Origin: Candidatus Latescibacterota bacterium
GTDB lineage: Bacteria; Latescibacterota; UBA2968; UBA8231
Assembly (NCBI GenBank): GCA_965242865.1
Contig: CBDETK010000013.1
Location: forward strand, 1,984,001-2,048,000
Length of the DNA stretch: 64,000 nucleotides
Direction of reading: 5' to 3'
Shown: piece by piece, positions 7,945 to 16,571 of the stretch
How positions within the stretch are numbered: the stretch's first letter is position 1
How the letters are laid out: the number at the start of each line of letters is the position of its first letter
The notes under the pieces: model-generated
The model's input: only the letters and a program-made list of their open reading frames with translations
What the model was told of the DNA's origin: nothing
Databases searched by the model: none
Translations under genes and position numbers: made by a program

Positions 7945-10584
7945 CTACACCCCGCCGGTCGCGGCGAAGATGCGGACGAAGACGATCGATTGCTTCTGGG
8001 TCTGCTCGGCGAAAAACTGGCGTTCTAGGAGGAAGCCAGCGTTCATGGTCAGCTCGTACCCTTGATAGGACGACACATTCGTCAGCAGGGCCGAAAAGAC
8101 GAGGCTGCGGAAGTCATCGACGTAGCTCGGCGACGCCTCGGCTGGACGCTCGATTAGGTTCTCAAAGAGGCTGAATTCAACGCCAAAGTCCAATTGCGTC
8201 CTCGGCAGGAGCAAGTACTGGCCGATAAAGAAGAAGCTCTCGGTCAGCTCGTTGGCGGCCAAATCGGCCAACGCGGTGGGCGTTTCTCGCAGGTACATGC
8301 TCTTCCACTTGGGGTGGAGCGCGAGTTGGTCGCTGGGGCGAATGGTGTAATCGGCCTTGTTGATCAGGCCCAAGAACGAGCGGTCGCGCTTTAGGCGGGC
8401 CTGCGCGCCGAGTTGGTTGAAGCGCTCGTACTTGAGCTTGCCCTCGACGTTCAGGTTGGGAATGCGAAAGTAGCGGGCCTGCGCGTACAGCGCGTTGACA
8501 AAGGTGTCTTGGTTGTCGAGCGGATCGTCAAAATCCGTCAGGCCGATGGGGTCGCGCCAGACGATGCGGTCTTCGGGTAGGGTGTCGGCCACGAGCTTGG
8601 CGTGTTCAAAAAGGGCTAGGTCCAGCCCGGGATACGATTTTTCCACGGTCAGCAGCCCGTAGAACGAGCGGCTCGCGCGGTCGCTACTCAGCTGGTGCTC
8701 GGCGAGCCGGCCGACGGTCAGCCGGGTGCTCTCGGTGATTTTTAAGCCGCCGTACGCGTTGTAGCCGCGGTGGTCGCGCTCGTAGGGGTAGTCGGGCAGG
8801 CGGTCGTCCTCAAAGCGGTCGATGATCGTGTTGTTGTTCATGTCCATGCCAAAGAGGAACTCCGGCGGATCGACCTGATAGCGGAGGAACGGCTCGACGT
8901 AATCCGGGCGGCTGTTCTGGTTTTGGTTGAAGTCGGAGATAAAATCGTTGTTCTCGTCCAGCCCGGGAAAAATCTCCGTGTCGCGGCCCAGCGAGCCGCC
9001 CTGCCCGCCAAACCCTTGGCTCTGGCGATAGCGTTGCCAGTCGGTGAAGCGGTCTTGGTCGTCGTTGTCATCGACAAACTCAAAGAGGTTTTGGGTCTCG
9101 CTGGCGTAGTCGATGACCCCGCCTGGGTCCGCGATAAAGGCCGTGGTGCTGTAATCGGGATCGATGGAGAACACCTCGCCGTAGGCAAAGAAGGGGTAGC
9201 GCTGGTACGAGGCCGTGACGTACCCGGCTTCGGCCGTTTCCTTGTACGCCGGCAGCTTGCGAAAGTTTTGGTTGGGGAAGCGGCGGAAGCGGCGATTGAC
9301 GGCCCATTCGGCCCGCAGGTCAAAGTGGGCGAGGTTGATCAGCTCCAGATCCATGCCCACCACCTCGTGCCCGGTCGGCAGGCCGTAGGCAAAGCGCACA
9401 AAGGTCTGATTGGAGCCGTCGGTGATCTCGTCGCGGGCTTGGGCCACCGGCAGGAAAACCTGCTCGCCCCGAGCATTGGTCTGGAGGTTAGAGGCGATCT
9501 CTATGCGGTAGTCGTTGGACACCACCAGCTCGAATTCGAGCTTCTTGGCCTCGCGGAAGGTGCCCACTTTTTCGGTCGGGCTAAAATCGTTGCGAATGTC
9601 GTAGATGAGCTCAATGGCGTCCGAGCCGCGCACCTCCAAAATGCCCTCGCGCCGCACGCCGCCGCGCACCAAGGGCACGATTTCCGGGTGCAGCTCGCCG
9701 TCGATGATCACCTGATCGACGAAAAACGAGGCCCCGGTTTGCTCGGATTCGGGCGAATCGTCCGCGATGCGGATGATGACCCGCTCGACATTGCCCGTGT
9801 TTTGCGGGCCGGTCAGCAGGCCCTTGAGCGAGTTGTCGCCGAGGCTCAGCTCGCTGCTGGTGTTGGACACATTGACCCACGTCAGGCCTAGCTTGGCAAA
9901 GTCGCCCACTTGGGCCACGCCCCGCGCCCCGAGGAGCCGGGTCGTGTTTTCGAGCGTCGAAGAGCCGCCCGCCTCGTTGAGCGCGGTAAATCCCGGCGCG
10001 TTGAGCCGCGAGCCGAGGAGGGTCAGGGCGTACTTGTCGGCGAGAAAATCCCACTGCAACCCGTTGAACGTGGGCTTGGAAAAGGTCAGGGGGGTGAGCG
10101 TCGTGCGGATGGCGTCGCCCACGGTCAGGGAGGTGTGGAACTGGCCGTGGCTGGCCGACGAGATGACGAGGCTGTCGAACCACCGCCCAAAGCGGGTTCC
10201 CTTGAGGAGGGCACTGCCTTGGCGCAGGGGGCTGGTTTCGGTCCAGTCGTAGATGACCCAGCCGCGGTTGATGTACTGGCCGAACAGGTTGTAGTTGCGG
10301 GTGCCTTCGAGCAGGATGTTGACGTAGCGCTCGTAGTTGTCGCGCGCGTAGTTGCTGTATTCCCAGCCGCGCCACTGGTATTCGTAGTACAGGTTCTGCG
10401 GCAAGTACCACTTGCGCCGGTTGGGGGCCAAGGCCCCGGGATGGATGCGCACCCCGCGAATCCCCGGTTGCTCAACCGGGCGAAAGCCGGTTGATAGCTG
10501 AGCAAAAGCCGTGGATTCTGAGAGTACAAACGCGCACCACAACAGCGCGATCGGCCCTCGGCGGTAAAGGGTTGTAAGCCTCAT
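7945..10584 (-). CDS. large exported protein, probably outer-membrane, function unknown
   Basis: AGGAG RBS before ATG 10584; signal peptide ending AFA; Asp/Asn-rich Ca-binding-like loops (DDNDDQD, DENNDFISD, DMNNNTIID); alternating beta-strand pattern at the C-terminus. Confidence 0.65.
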   Translation of the reverse strand: MRLTTLYRRGPIALLWCAFVLSESTAFAQLSTGFRPVEQPGIRGVRIHPGALAPNRRKWYLPQNLYYEYQWRGWEYSNYARDNYERYVNILLEGTRNYNLFGQYINRGWVIYDWTETSPLRQGSALLKGTRFGRWFDSLVISSASHGQFHTSLTVGDAIRTTLTPLTFSKPTFNGLQWDFLADKYALTLLGSRLNAPGFTALNEAGGSSTLENTTRLLGARGVAQVGDFAKLGLTWVNVSNTSSELSLGDNSLKGLLTGPQNTGNVERVIIRIADDSPESEQTGASFFVDQVIIDGELHPEIVPLVRGGVRREGILEVRGSDAIELIYDIRNDFSPTEKVGTFREAKKLEFELVVSNDYRIEIASNLQTNARGEQVFLPVAQARDEITDGSNQTFVRFAYGLPTGHEVVGMDLELINLAHFDLRAEWAVNRRFRRFPNQNFRKLPAYKETAEAGYVTASYQRYPFFAYGEVFSIDPDYSTTAFIADPGGVIDYASETQNLFEFVDDNDDQDRFTDWQRYRQSQGFGGQGGSLGRDTEIFPGLDENNDFISDFNQNQNSRPDYVEPFLRYQVDPPEFLFGMDMNNNTIIDRFEDDRLPDYPYERDHRGYNAYGGLKITESTRLTVGRLAEHQLSSDRASRSFYGLLTVEKSYPGLDLALFEHAKLVADTLPEDRIVWRDPIGLTDFDDPLDNQDTFVNALYAQARYFRIPNLNVEGKLKYERFNQLGAQARLKRDRSFLGLINKADYTIRPSDQLALHPKWKSMYLRETPTALADLAANELTESFFFIGQYLLLPRTQLDFGVEFSLFENLIERPAEASPSYVDDFRSLVFSALLTNVSSYQGYELTMNAGFLLERQFFAEQTQKQSIVFVRIFAATGGV

Positions 10585-10832
10585 GATCCATCTCCTAACG
10601 AGGGAAAGCCCGCCTAGACCAGCGAGCGCAGACAATATACGCCCCGTTCCCACTGCCTACCAAGTCCGCACTTTCTGGCCGCAAACTTGTTTCGCCTATG
10701 TGGACTTTTTTATTATACTGTAAAATCACTTTAGCCGTATCCCCTATCCGAAAGGAGGTTGTGCAGCGTGCTGAACGACCATTCCCACATCCCTTTTTTT
10801 CTTCATCTCTTCCAATCAAGGAGCGTAGCACC

Positions 10833-11744
10833 ATGAGAAAGTTCGGCTTTTTCGCCTTGTCTTGCGGGCTGGCGTACCTGCTGAGCACGGCCGCTTTTGC
10901 CCACGTGGGCGTGACCGTGTTCTATCCCCAAGTGCCCGACCCGGCAGCCATCACCATCGACGGCAATGACGACGACTGGGGTTGGTACGACCCGGCCCTC
11001 GCCCTCAATCAGCCCGATTTCTTCGACCGGGCCAGCGATTTCGTCGAGTTGTCGGACTACGATTTCACCATCCTCAACGGCTGGTCTGCGCCGCCGGACA
11101 ACAAGTGGTACGGCTTTGCGCGCTTCGTCGATGACACCCTCAAGTACGATTCGCCCGTCAAGGAGTGGTGGAAAGACGATTGCTTGCAGATAACCGTGGA
11201 CGCCGATCACCTCGGCGGCAACATCCTCGGTTCCGACCTAGAGCAGATCGCCAATGGCCAGCGCTGGCACGTGCGCATTTTCCCGCCCGCCGGCGAGTCC
11301 CTGCTGCCCAATCAAACCCCCTTCTTCTACAGCCAGCTAGAGTTCATCGACTCCGAAGAGCTGCTCTGGGGAGTCCAGCCGGAGTTTTTTGAGGCAGCGT
11401 GGACCGTCCTGCCAGCCGGCGCCGAAAACCTGACGGTTGGCCCGGTCACGTACACCTACGAGTGGCGGGGTGCTTTGTGGGATATCTGGGGCCTGAGCGA
11501 GAGCGAGAGCGTGCGGCACGTGTTCGCCGAGGACGACGTGATCCACCTCGGCTATCGCCCGCTCGACGCCGACCGCCCCGGCGGTGGGCGCAAGCATTCC
11601 ATGTACATCAACGACGGCAGCCAGTCGCAGGACGTCGACGCTTCGCAGATGCCCGACTTCTGGGCGCTGGCGGCCCCGGAGACCAACGTGGAAAACGAGA
11701 CTTGGGGCCACATCAAAAACAGCATGTCCCAACGCCTCAAGTAG
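10833..11744 (+). CDS. secreted CBM9/DOMON-like protein with a C-terminal TWGxIK motif
   Basis: AAGGAG RBS before ATG 10833; signal peptide AFA|H; ITIDGNDDDW; ends TNVENETWGHIKNSMSQRLK; paralog of 56530-57435. Confidence 0.7.
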   Translation: MRKFGFFALSCGLAYLLSTAAFAHVGVTVFYPQVPDPAAITIDGNDDDWGWYDPALALNQPDFFDRASDFVELSDYDFTILNGWSAPPDNKWYGFARFVDDTLKYDSPVKEWWKDDCLQITVDADHLGGNILGSDLEQIANGQRWHVRIFPPAGESLLPNQTPFFYSQLEFIDSEELLWGVQPEFFEAAWTVLPAGAENLTVGPVTYTYEWRGALWDIWGLSESESVRHVFAEDDVIHLGYRPLDADRPGGGRKHSMYINDGSQSQDVDASQMPDFWALAAPETNVENETWGHIKNSMSQRLK

Positions 11745-11762
11745 GAGTTCGCAGCGCAATCA

Positions 11763-11803
11763 CGAGGGAGGGGGGCCGCGGCCCTTCTCCCTCGTTTCAT
11801 TTT
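11763..11803 (+). terminator. Rho-independent terminator
   Basis: CGAGGGAGGGGGGCC-GC-GGCCCTTCTCCCTCG stem followed by TTTCATTTT. Confidence 0.7.
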
Positions 11804-11805
11804 CT

Positions 11806-13893
11806 ATGAAAAAACGCGATAAAACCCTAGCTGGCGCAGAAAGGGAGAACCGCTTCTACCCACTTTTTTCGCCTCCCCGGCGGTGGATGCGGTGGGCGAT
11901 GTTGGCTTATGTCGCGCTGATGTGCAGCCCTGGGGCGGCGCAAGAGTGGTGGCAGCTCGGTGGGCAGGGCGGCGTCTCGCCGCTGGACGTGGCGGATTTC
12001 AGCCTGATGATAGACGATGCAGCTGCTTCCCAAGCACTCCAGCCCTTTGAGCTCGACCCGCACGAAAACATCTTGCCGCAACTCGGCCCTTGGCAGCGCT
12101 GGCGCTTTCCCACGGACCCGCAATTCCGCCCCGGCCATCCGCGCTTCTGGACGGACATCAACCACAACACCCTATACAAGGCCACGGAAATTTTTCTCTT
12201 CGTCGATGGAGACTCGACCACGTACGTGGAGCGGCGAGATGGGGAGCAGATTTTCTATACCATAGACTTGGGCATCCCAGTGCCGGTAGAGCGCTTTGTC
12301 TTTTTCCCGCCCGAAGGCGTCAGCCCCGAAAGCGACGAGCCTTTCAGGCCCAATTACATCCTCAAGTCCTATAGTCTGACGGCCGACAAAGCCGAGACCG
12401 GCATTCTGCAAGAGGAGATAGAGCGCGGGTTCGTCTGGCGGGGCGACGGGCCGTGCTGTCCGCTGGCCATCCCCCTCGCCTACGAGGAGCGCAACACCGA
12501 CGCGGTGACCGAAATCGCGTTTTCCACCCAATACCTCCGCTTCTTCCGCCTCATCGCCATCCCCGACGGCTTTACCCTGTACGGCGACCCCATCGTCACG
12601 CGCTCGGCCTTTGCCGAGATGGAAATCTACGGCCGGGGTTTTGCTCCGCAGGCCATCTACGAGTCGCAGATCATAGATTTGGGGCGAGAGGTCAATTTTG
12701 GGCAGGTGCGCTTGGGAGTGAGCCAATGGCGCAAGGACGGAGAGCACCTGCTGCCATCCGACGGTCCAACCCGCGCCCAAGTGGAAATCCGCACCGGGCG
12801 CGACGACACCCCAACGGCTTATTTCGGCTTTGACGATCTGGGCGCCCATGTAGAGGTGACCAAGAAGCAGTGGGATCGGCTGATCCCCCTAGAGACGCGC
12901 GGCGCGACCGTAGCGGTCGGCTATCGCGGGCCGGTGGCCGAAGACCTGCAAAACTGGAGCTTCTGGTCCCTGCCGTTGGAGGGCTCGGGCCAGCACCCGC
13001 GCCTGCCGTGGGGTCGGTATTTCCAATTGCGCGTCCAGCTAGCAACGGACGCCCTGTGGGAATTTGCCCGCCTCGATTCCCTGCAAATCGAGATCGCACC
13101 CCTGCTGGCCGACCGGGTCGTCGGCGAGATCGTCCGCGCGGACCAACCCCATCCCCAAGGCGGGCAAGTGCGCGTCCCAGCGGGCGAGAAAACCCCGTTC
13201 ACGTACGACCTAGGCGTGGAATTTGCCCGTGCGGACCGCGTCGGCTGCGACGCCGTGCGCGTCTCGGCACCGGCGGAAGCCACGTTTCGCTATTTGGCGA
13301 TGGGCGACCCGCTCAGCGCGGTAGAGCCAGACAGCCTGCTGCGCGAAGCAAGCGGCTTTGTCGTATTCTTGCCCCGCCCCTTGCACCCAAGCGGCGATCA
13401 GCGGCTGCGCCTCGGCCTCGAAGCCGTGCTGTACGGCGAGGCCGGCGAATTTGGCGGCGAAGTCTTTAACCGCCGCGAGCCGAGCTTGTTGCAGCGCGTC
13501 GAGGGGGGCGACGTCAGCGCGGAGCTAGGCTCCAACCAGTTGCTCGTCGTGGCGTCTGCCGCTTCCAAGAGCGGGGTACTGGGCGATGTCGAGGCGGGTA
13601 GCGGCGCGTTTACCCCCCAAGGCGACGGCGTAAACGACCTGTTACCCATACGATACACCCTCTTCCGGGTGAGGCAGTCGTCCCAAGTGCAAGTCCGAGT
13701 GTACGCCCTCGACGGTCGGCCGGTGTGGCAGACGCAACCGAGTGTGCAGGGCGCGGGACGCCATGCGGTCTATTGGGATGGGCGCGATAGCACCGGCCAA
13801 AGAGTCCCTCCCGGCACCTATTTGGCGCGGGTGGAGGTGGAAACGGATAAGGGACGAGAGGTGCGGATGCGGCCGGTGGCCGTGGCGTACTAA
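11806..13893 (+). CDS. secreted protein with a C-terminal FlgD-Ig/T9SS-like sorting domain
   Basis: Start at ATG 11806 or 11887; signal peptide ...GAA|QEW; SQIIDLG and RTGRDDTP; FTPQGDGVND...WDGRDSTG...VPPGTY...VAVAY. Confidence 0.75.
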   Translation: MKKRDKTLAGAERENRFYPLFSPPRRWMRWAMLAYVALMCSPGAAQEWWQLGGQGGVSPLDVADFSLMIDDAAASQALQPFELDPHENILPQLGPWQRWRFPTDPQFRPGHPRFWTDINHNTLYKATEIFLFVDGDSTTYVERRDGEQIFYTIDLGIPVPVERFVFFPPEGVSPESDEPFRPNYILKSYSLTADKAETGILQEEIERGFVWRGDGPCCPLAIPLAYEERNTDAVTEIAFSTQYLRFFRLIAIPDGFTLYGDPIVTRSAFAEMEIYGRGFAPQAIYESQIIDLGREVNFGQVRLGVSQWRKDGEHLLPSDGPTRAQVEIRTGRDDTPTAYFGFDDLGAHVEVTKKQWDRLIPLETRGATVAVGYRGPVAEDLQNWSFWSLPLEGSGQHPRLPWGRYFQLRVQLATDALWEFARLDSLQIEIAPLLADRVVGEIVRADQPHPQGGQVRVPAGEKTPFTYDLGVEFARADRVGCDAVRVSAPAEATFRYLAMGDPLSAVEPDSLLREASGFVVFLPRPLHPSGDQRLRLGLEAVLYGEAGEFGGEVFNRREPSLLQRVEGGDVSAELGSNQLLVVASAASKSGVLGDVEAGSGAFTPQGDGVNDLLPIRYTLFRVRQSSQVQVRVYALDGRPVWQTQPSVQGAGRHAVYWDGRDSTGQRVPPGTYLARVEVETDKGREVRMRPVAVAY

Positions 13894-13945
13894 CTAGAAG
13901 AGGTCAAAGATTGAGGGAATTATATGCGGCGAGGGCTTGGACCCT

Positions 13946-14290
13946 ATGAATGCCATTGAAGCCCATATCGACAACGCGACCATTGAGGCCATAGCCCAAC
14001 TGATCGTCGAACGCTTTGAGCCGGAACGAGTCATTCTCTTCGGCAGTCATGCCCGCGGAGAGGGGGGATCGCATAGCGATGTGGACCTGCTAGTCGTGCT
14101 CCGCACCGGCACAGAAAAGCTACCGCCCGGCAATCCAATCCGTCGAGCGATTGCCGAGTGTTTCGTCCTGCCCGTTGATGTACTGATCCGCTCGCCGGAA
14201 GTTCTCGCCGAACAGCGCAATGACCCATATTCCTTGATGCACCAAGTCTTGGAAGAAGGGAAGGTATTGTATGAGCGGCACGTTGCCTGA
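13946..14290 (+). CDS. minimal nucleotidyltransferase (MNT) antitoxin
   Basis: VILFGSHARGE...SDVDLLVV (GSX10DXD); C-terminal EEGKVLYE. Confidence 0.85.
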   Translation: MNAIEAHIDNATIEAIAQLIVERFEPERVILFGSHARGEGGSHSDVDLLVVLRTGTEKLPPGNPIRRAIAECFVLPVDVLIRSPEVLAEQRNDPYSLMHQVLEEGKVLYERHVA

Positions 14291-14372
14291 ACGGGACTGG
14301 TTCGATAAGGCAAATCAAGATTTGGAGATGGCGCGTCGGGCGTTGGGTCCGAAAACACCTTCTCATTTATGA
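14271..14372 (+). pseudogene. truncated HEPN toxin (33-aa N-terminal remnant)
   Basis: My translation is MSGTLPERDWFDKANQDLEMARRALGPKTPSHL*. It overlaps the MNT stop, W..KA..DL..A matches the first HEPN helix, and it ends where the AT-rich DNA begins. Confidence 0.7.
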
Positions 14373-14398
14373 CCTAATGAAAATGAAGAGAGGCTGTT

Positions 14399-15319
14399 TT
14401 GCGTAGAATCATACAGATCATCTCGGCAGGCGTCCACAAGGTGGGCGTCTTCCTTGTAGAAGAAGTCCGTACGATCTGGTATATTTTGTTTTTCGCCGCA
14501 GTAATCATAGTTTTCGGGTTTCTTTATACCTATCTGACTCCAATAGGGCACGGTATCGGGCAAAATCTCAAGCCGCTTTCTGACATTACACTTTGCACAG
14601 GCATATACTTCAGTATTGTCACGATCTCCTCGTTAGGGTACGGGGATATGCACCCGATGGGGTTCTCAAAAGCTCTCGCCTGTATAGAAGTCCTCTTAGG
14701 ACTCGTAGTCATAGGTATTATGATAGCTAAAGTTACTTCGCGACGTCCGTCATACCACGTTGAGCGTCTTTTCAGTTCTAATGCTCAAAAGCGACTTGAA
14801 AATTTTGCGACAGAATTTGCGGTATTTCACGGCGATTTTGAAACAATTATTCCGGATCTTCGGGACGCCTATCAGAGAATTCCTGGCCAAAGACCCTCCG
14901 AGGACAAGAGCGAATTGGTCGAACGTTTCCAAGAAATTATCACTGCATTCCAATCACAATGTACTGCGTTGCATACCTACTTTTCGGATGAGACTAGTCG
15001 GGGAAATTACTTCGAGATCGTCCCAGCTACTGCAACGGTGCAGGTAGGTAATGCCGTTTGCAACGCCTTCTTTATCCTTAGTCAACTTCTTGTAATCCTG
15101 CCGCCTCAAGCGGAAACTGAAGCTGAAGTTCTTGATAGACGCAGCAGACAGGGTATTTCAAGGGCAATTAACGCCCAGATAAAGGCATGTGATTTAGTTG
15201 ATCAATATGCGACTGATCAGGGTACACTTGATGTATTCCAGCGCATTCAAGATACTTGTAGGCAGTTGCCAGAAAGTTATTTCGCAGAAGTATCGCAACC
15301 CGACCAACTCCTACAATGA
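14399..15319 (+). CDS. potassium-channel pore-domain protein with a C-terminal soluble domain
   Basis: TM - pore helix IYFSIVTISSLGYGDMHP (GYGD filter) - TM, then about 190 aa of soluble tail; TTG start is uncertain. Confidence 0.8.
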   Translation: MRRIIQIISAGVHKVGVFLVEEVRTIWYILFFAAVIIVFGFLYTYLTPIGHGIGQNLKPLSDITLCTGIYFSIVTISSLGYGDMHPMGFSKALACIEVLLGLVVIGIMIAKVTSRRPSYHVERLFSSNAQKRLENFATEFAVFHGDFETIIPDLRDAYQRIPGQRPSEDKSELVERFQEIITAFQSQCTALHTYFSDETSRGNYFEIVPATATVQVGNAVCNAFFILSQLLVILPPQAETEAEVLDRRSRQGISRAINAQIKACDLVDQYATDQGTLDVFQRIQDTCRQLPESYFAEVSQPDQLLQ

Positions 15320-15355
15320 TCCTGACGAGGCACAATAACTTTAAGGGGGTGTAAG

Positions 15356-15745
15356 ATGAGCGAACAGCTTCTTCACGGGCACGAATTATCGCTAGAGCTG
15401 GAATGGATGAGGTGCTGGGGCGATGTCTGGTGCAAGCTCAACCTTGTAAACCTAAACCACGAGTATTTCGACAAGGATGTCTCTGGCGTCTATATAATTT
15501 GGCACGGAGGGCCAACCCCCAAGGTGGTGTACGTCGGTCAGGGAAATATCAAGGATCGCATAGCCAAACACCGGGAAGATCCAGAGATACAGCGGTATGA
15601 ACATCTGGAGCTTTATGTCACCTGGGCACCAGTACCTGAGGAATCCCAAGACGGTGCAGAAGCGTATTTGGCTGAGCAATGGTCCCCAAAAGTCGGCGAA
15701 CGCAATCCAGACGCCCTGCCCATAAAGGTAAACTCTCCGTGGTAG
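15356..15745 (+). CDS. GIY-YIG nuclease-family protein
   Basis: SGVYIIW...VVYVGQG.NIKDRIAKH...AEAYL...N; AAGGGG RBS. Confidence 0.75.
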   Translation: MSEQLLHGHELSLELEWMRCWGDVWCKLNLVNLNHEYFDKDVSGVYIIWHGGPTPKVVYVGQGNIKDRIAKHREDPEIQRYEHLELYVTWAPVPEESQDGAEAYLAEQWSPKVGERNPDALPIKVNSPW

Positions 15746-15795
15746 CCATTGCGACCCATCCCCCCAGAACAGCACCTCCTAACGAAAGCCTAGCT

Positions 15796-16569
15796 ATGCC
15801 TGCATCGTCTCATCGCCTATTCGCCTTACTATGCGCCGCGCTGCTCGCCGGAGGCTGCGGCCACAAGTTAGGCTATCGCCACTTTGCCGGTCCCATCTTG
15901 CCGGCCGCGAATTTGGCGGCCACGGATTTCGTCGTCCGCGACGACCACAGCATCACCTTCGTCAAAAACCGCTTGGAGGTGAGCTTGTTGCCGCTGACTG
16001 TGGCCATGCTCAATCGGCAGCTCAGCAGCCACTCGCAGCGGCCCGAGGGCTTTCACGACCCCAACCCCTATCTCGCGCCGGTCAATCCCTACACGTACGG
16101 CGACTGGAAACCGGGCTGGGAAGAAGAGCAGCCCACCCGCTTTACGGTCTTTCTGCTCAAGGTCAAAAACTACGCGTACCCCAAGGTGTGGCTCAATCCC
16201 TACGCCATAGAGATCGCCAGCACCAATGGCCGGCGCTACCAAGCCTTCACCCGGCTGGCGTTAGACGAGTACTTCGCCCCGTATGCCATCGGCTATGCCG
16301 GCAACACCTTTCTCCCGTTCCGCGAGCGGCGCGACCTATTGCTCCGCACCTTGTACCCCGAAGACGAAATGATCTTCAGCGGCCAAGAGCGCGAAGGCTT
16401 TGTTGCCTTTGCCCCGCTGGCGCACGATGTCGAATCGTTTGAGGTGCGGGTCGCGGAGCTGGTGCTGCGCTTTGACTACCGAGATCAGCCGATGGAGACC
16501 ATAGACATCGCCTACCCTTTTACGCGCGAAGTGTACTTGGCCAAGCACCGCCGCGCCGAGGAACTCTAA
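15796..16569 (+). CDS. lipoprotein, function unknown
   Basis: MPASSHRLFALLCAALLAGG|C lipobox; first gene of a tightly packed four-gene run. Confidence 0.65.
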   Translation: MPASSHRLFALLCAALLAGGCGHKLGYRHFAGPILPAANLAATDFVVRDDHSITFVKNRLEVSLLPLTVAMLNRQLSSHSQRPEGFHDPNPYLAPVNPYTYGDWKPGWEEEQPTRFTVFLLKVKNYAYPKVWLNPYAIEIASTNGRRYQAFTRLALDEYFAPYAIGYAGNTFLPFRERRDLLLRTLYPEDEMIFSGQEREGFVAFAPLAHDVESFEVRVAELVLRFDYRDQPMETIDIAYPFTREVYLAKHRRAEEL

Positions 16570-16571
16570 CG

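Noticed and set aside
2429-9891. Long plus-strand ORFs such as 2429-3301, 4816-5817 and 8770-9891
   Set aside because: Antisense shadows of real high-GC genes with no recognisable motifs. The same applies to most short alternative-frame ORFs in the track.
10585-11805. Longest-ORF starts at 10653, 10698 and 11584 (likewise 15679, 22974, 32309, 46120, 52469, 57513)
   Set aside because: They run through promoters, terminators or neighbouring genes. Downstream starts have an RBS and/or a signal peptide or family-typical N-terminus.
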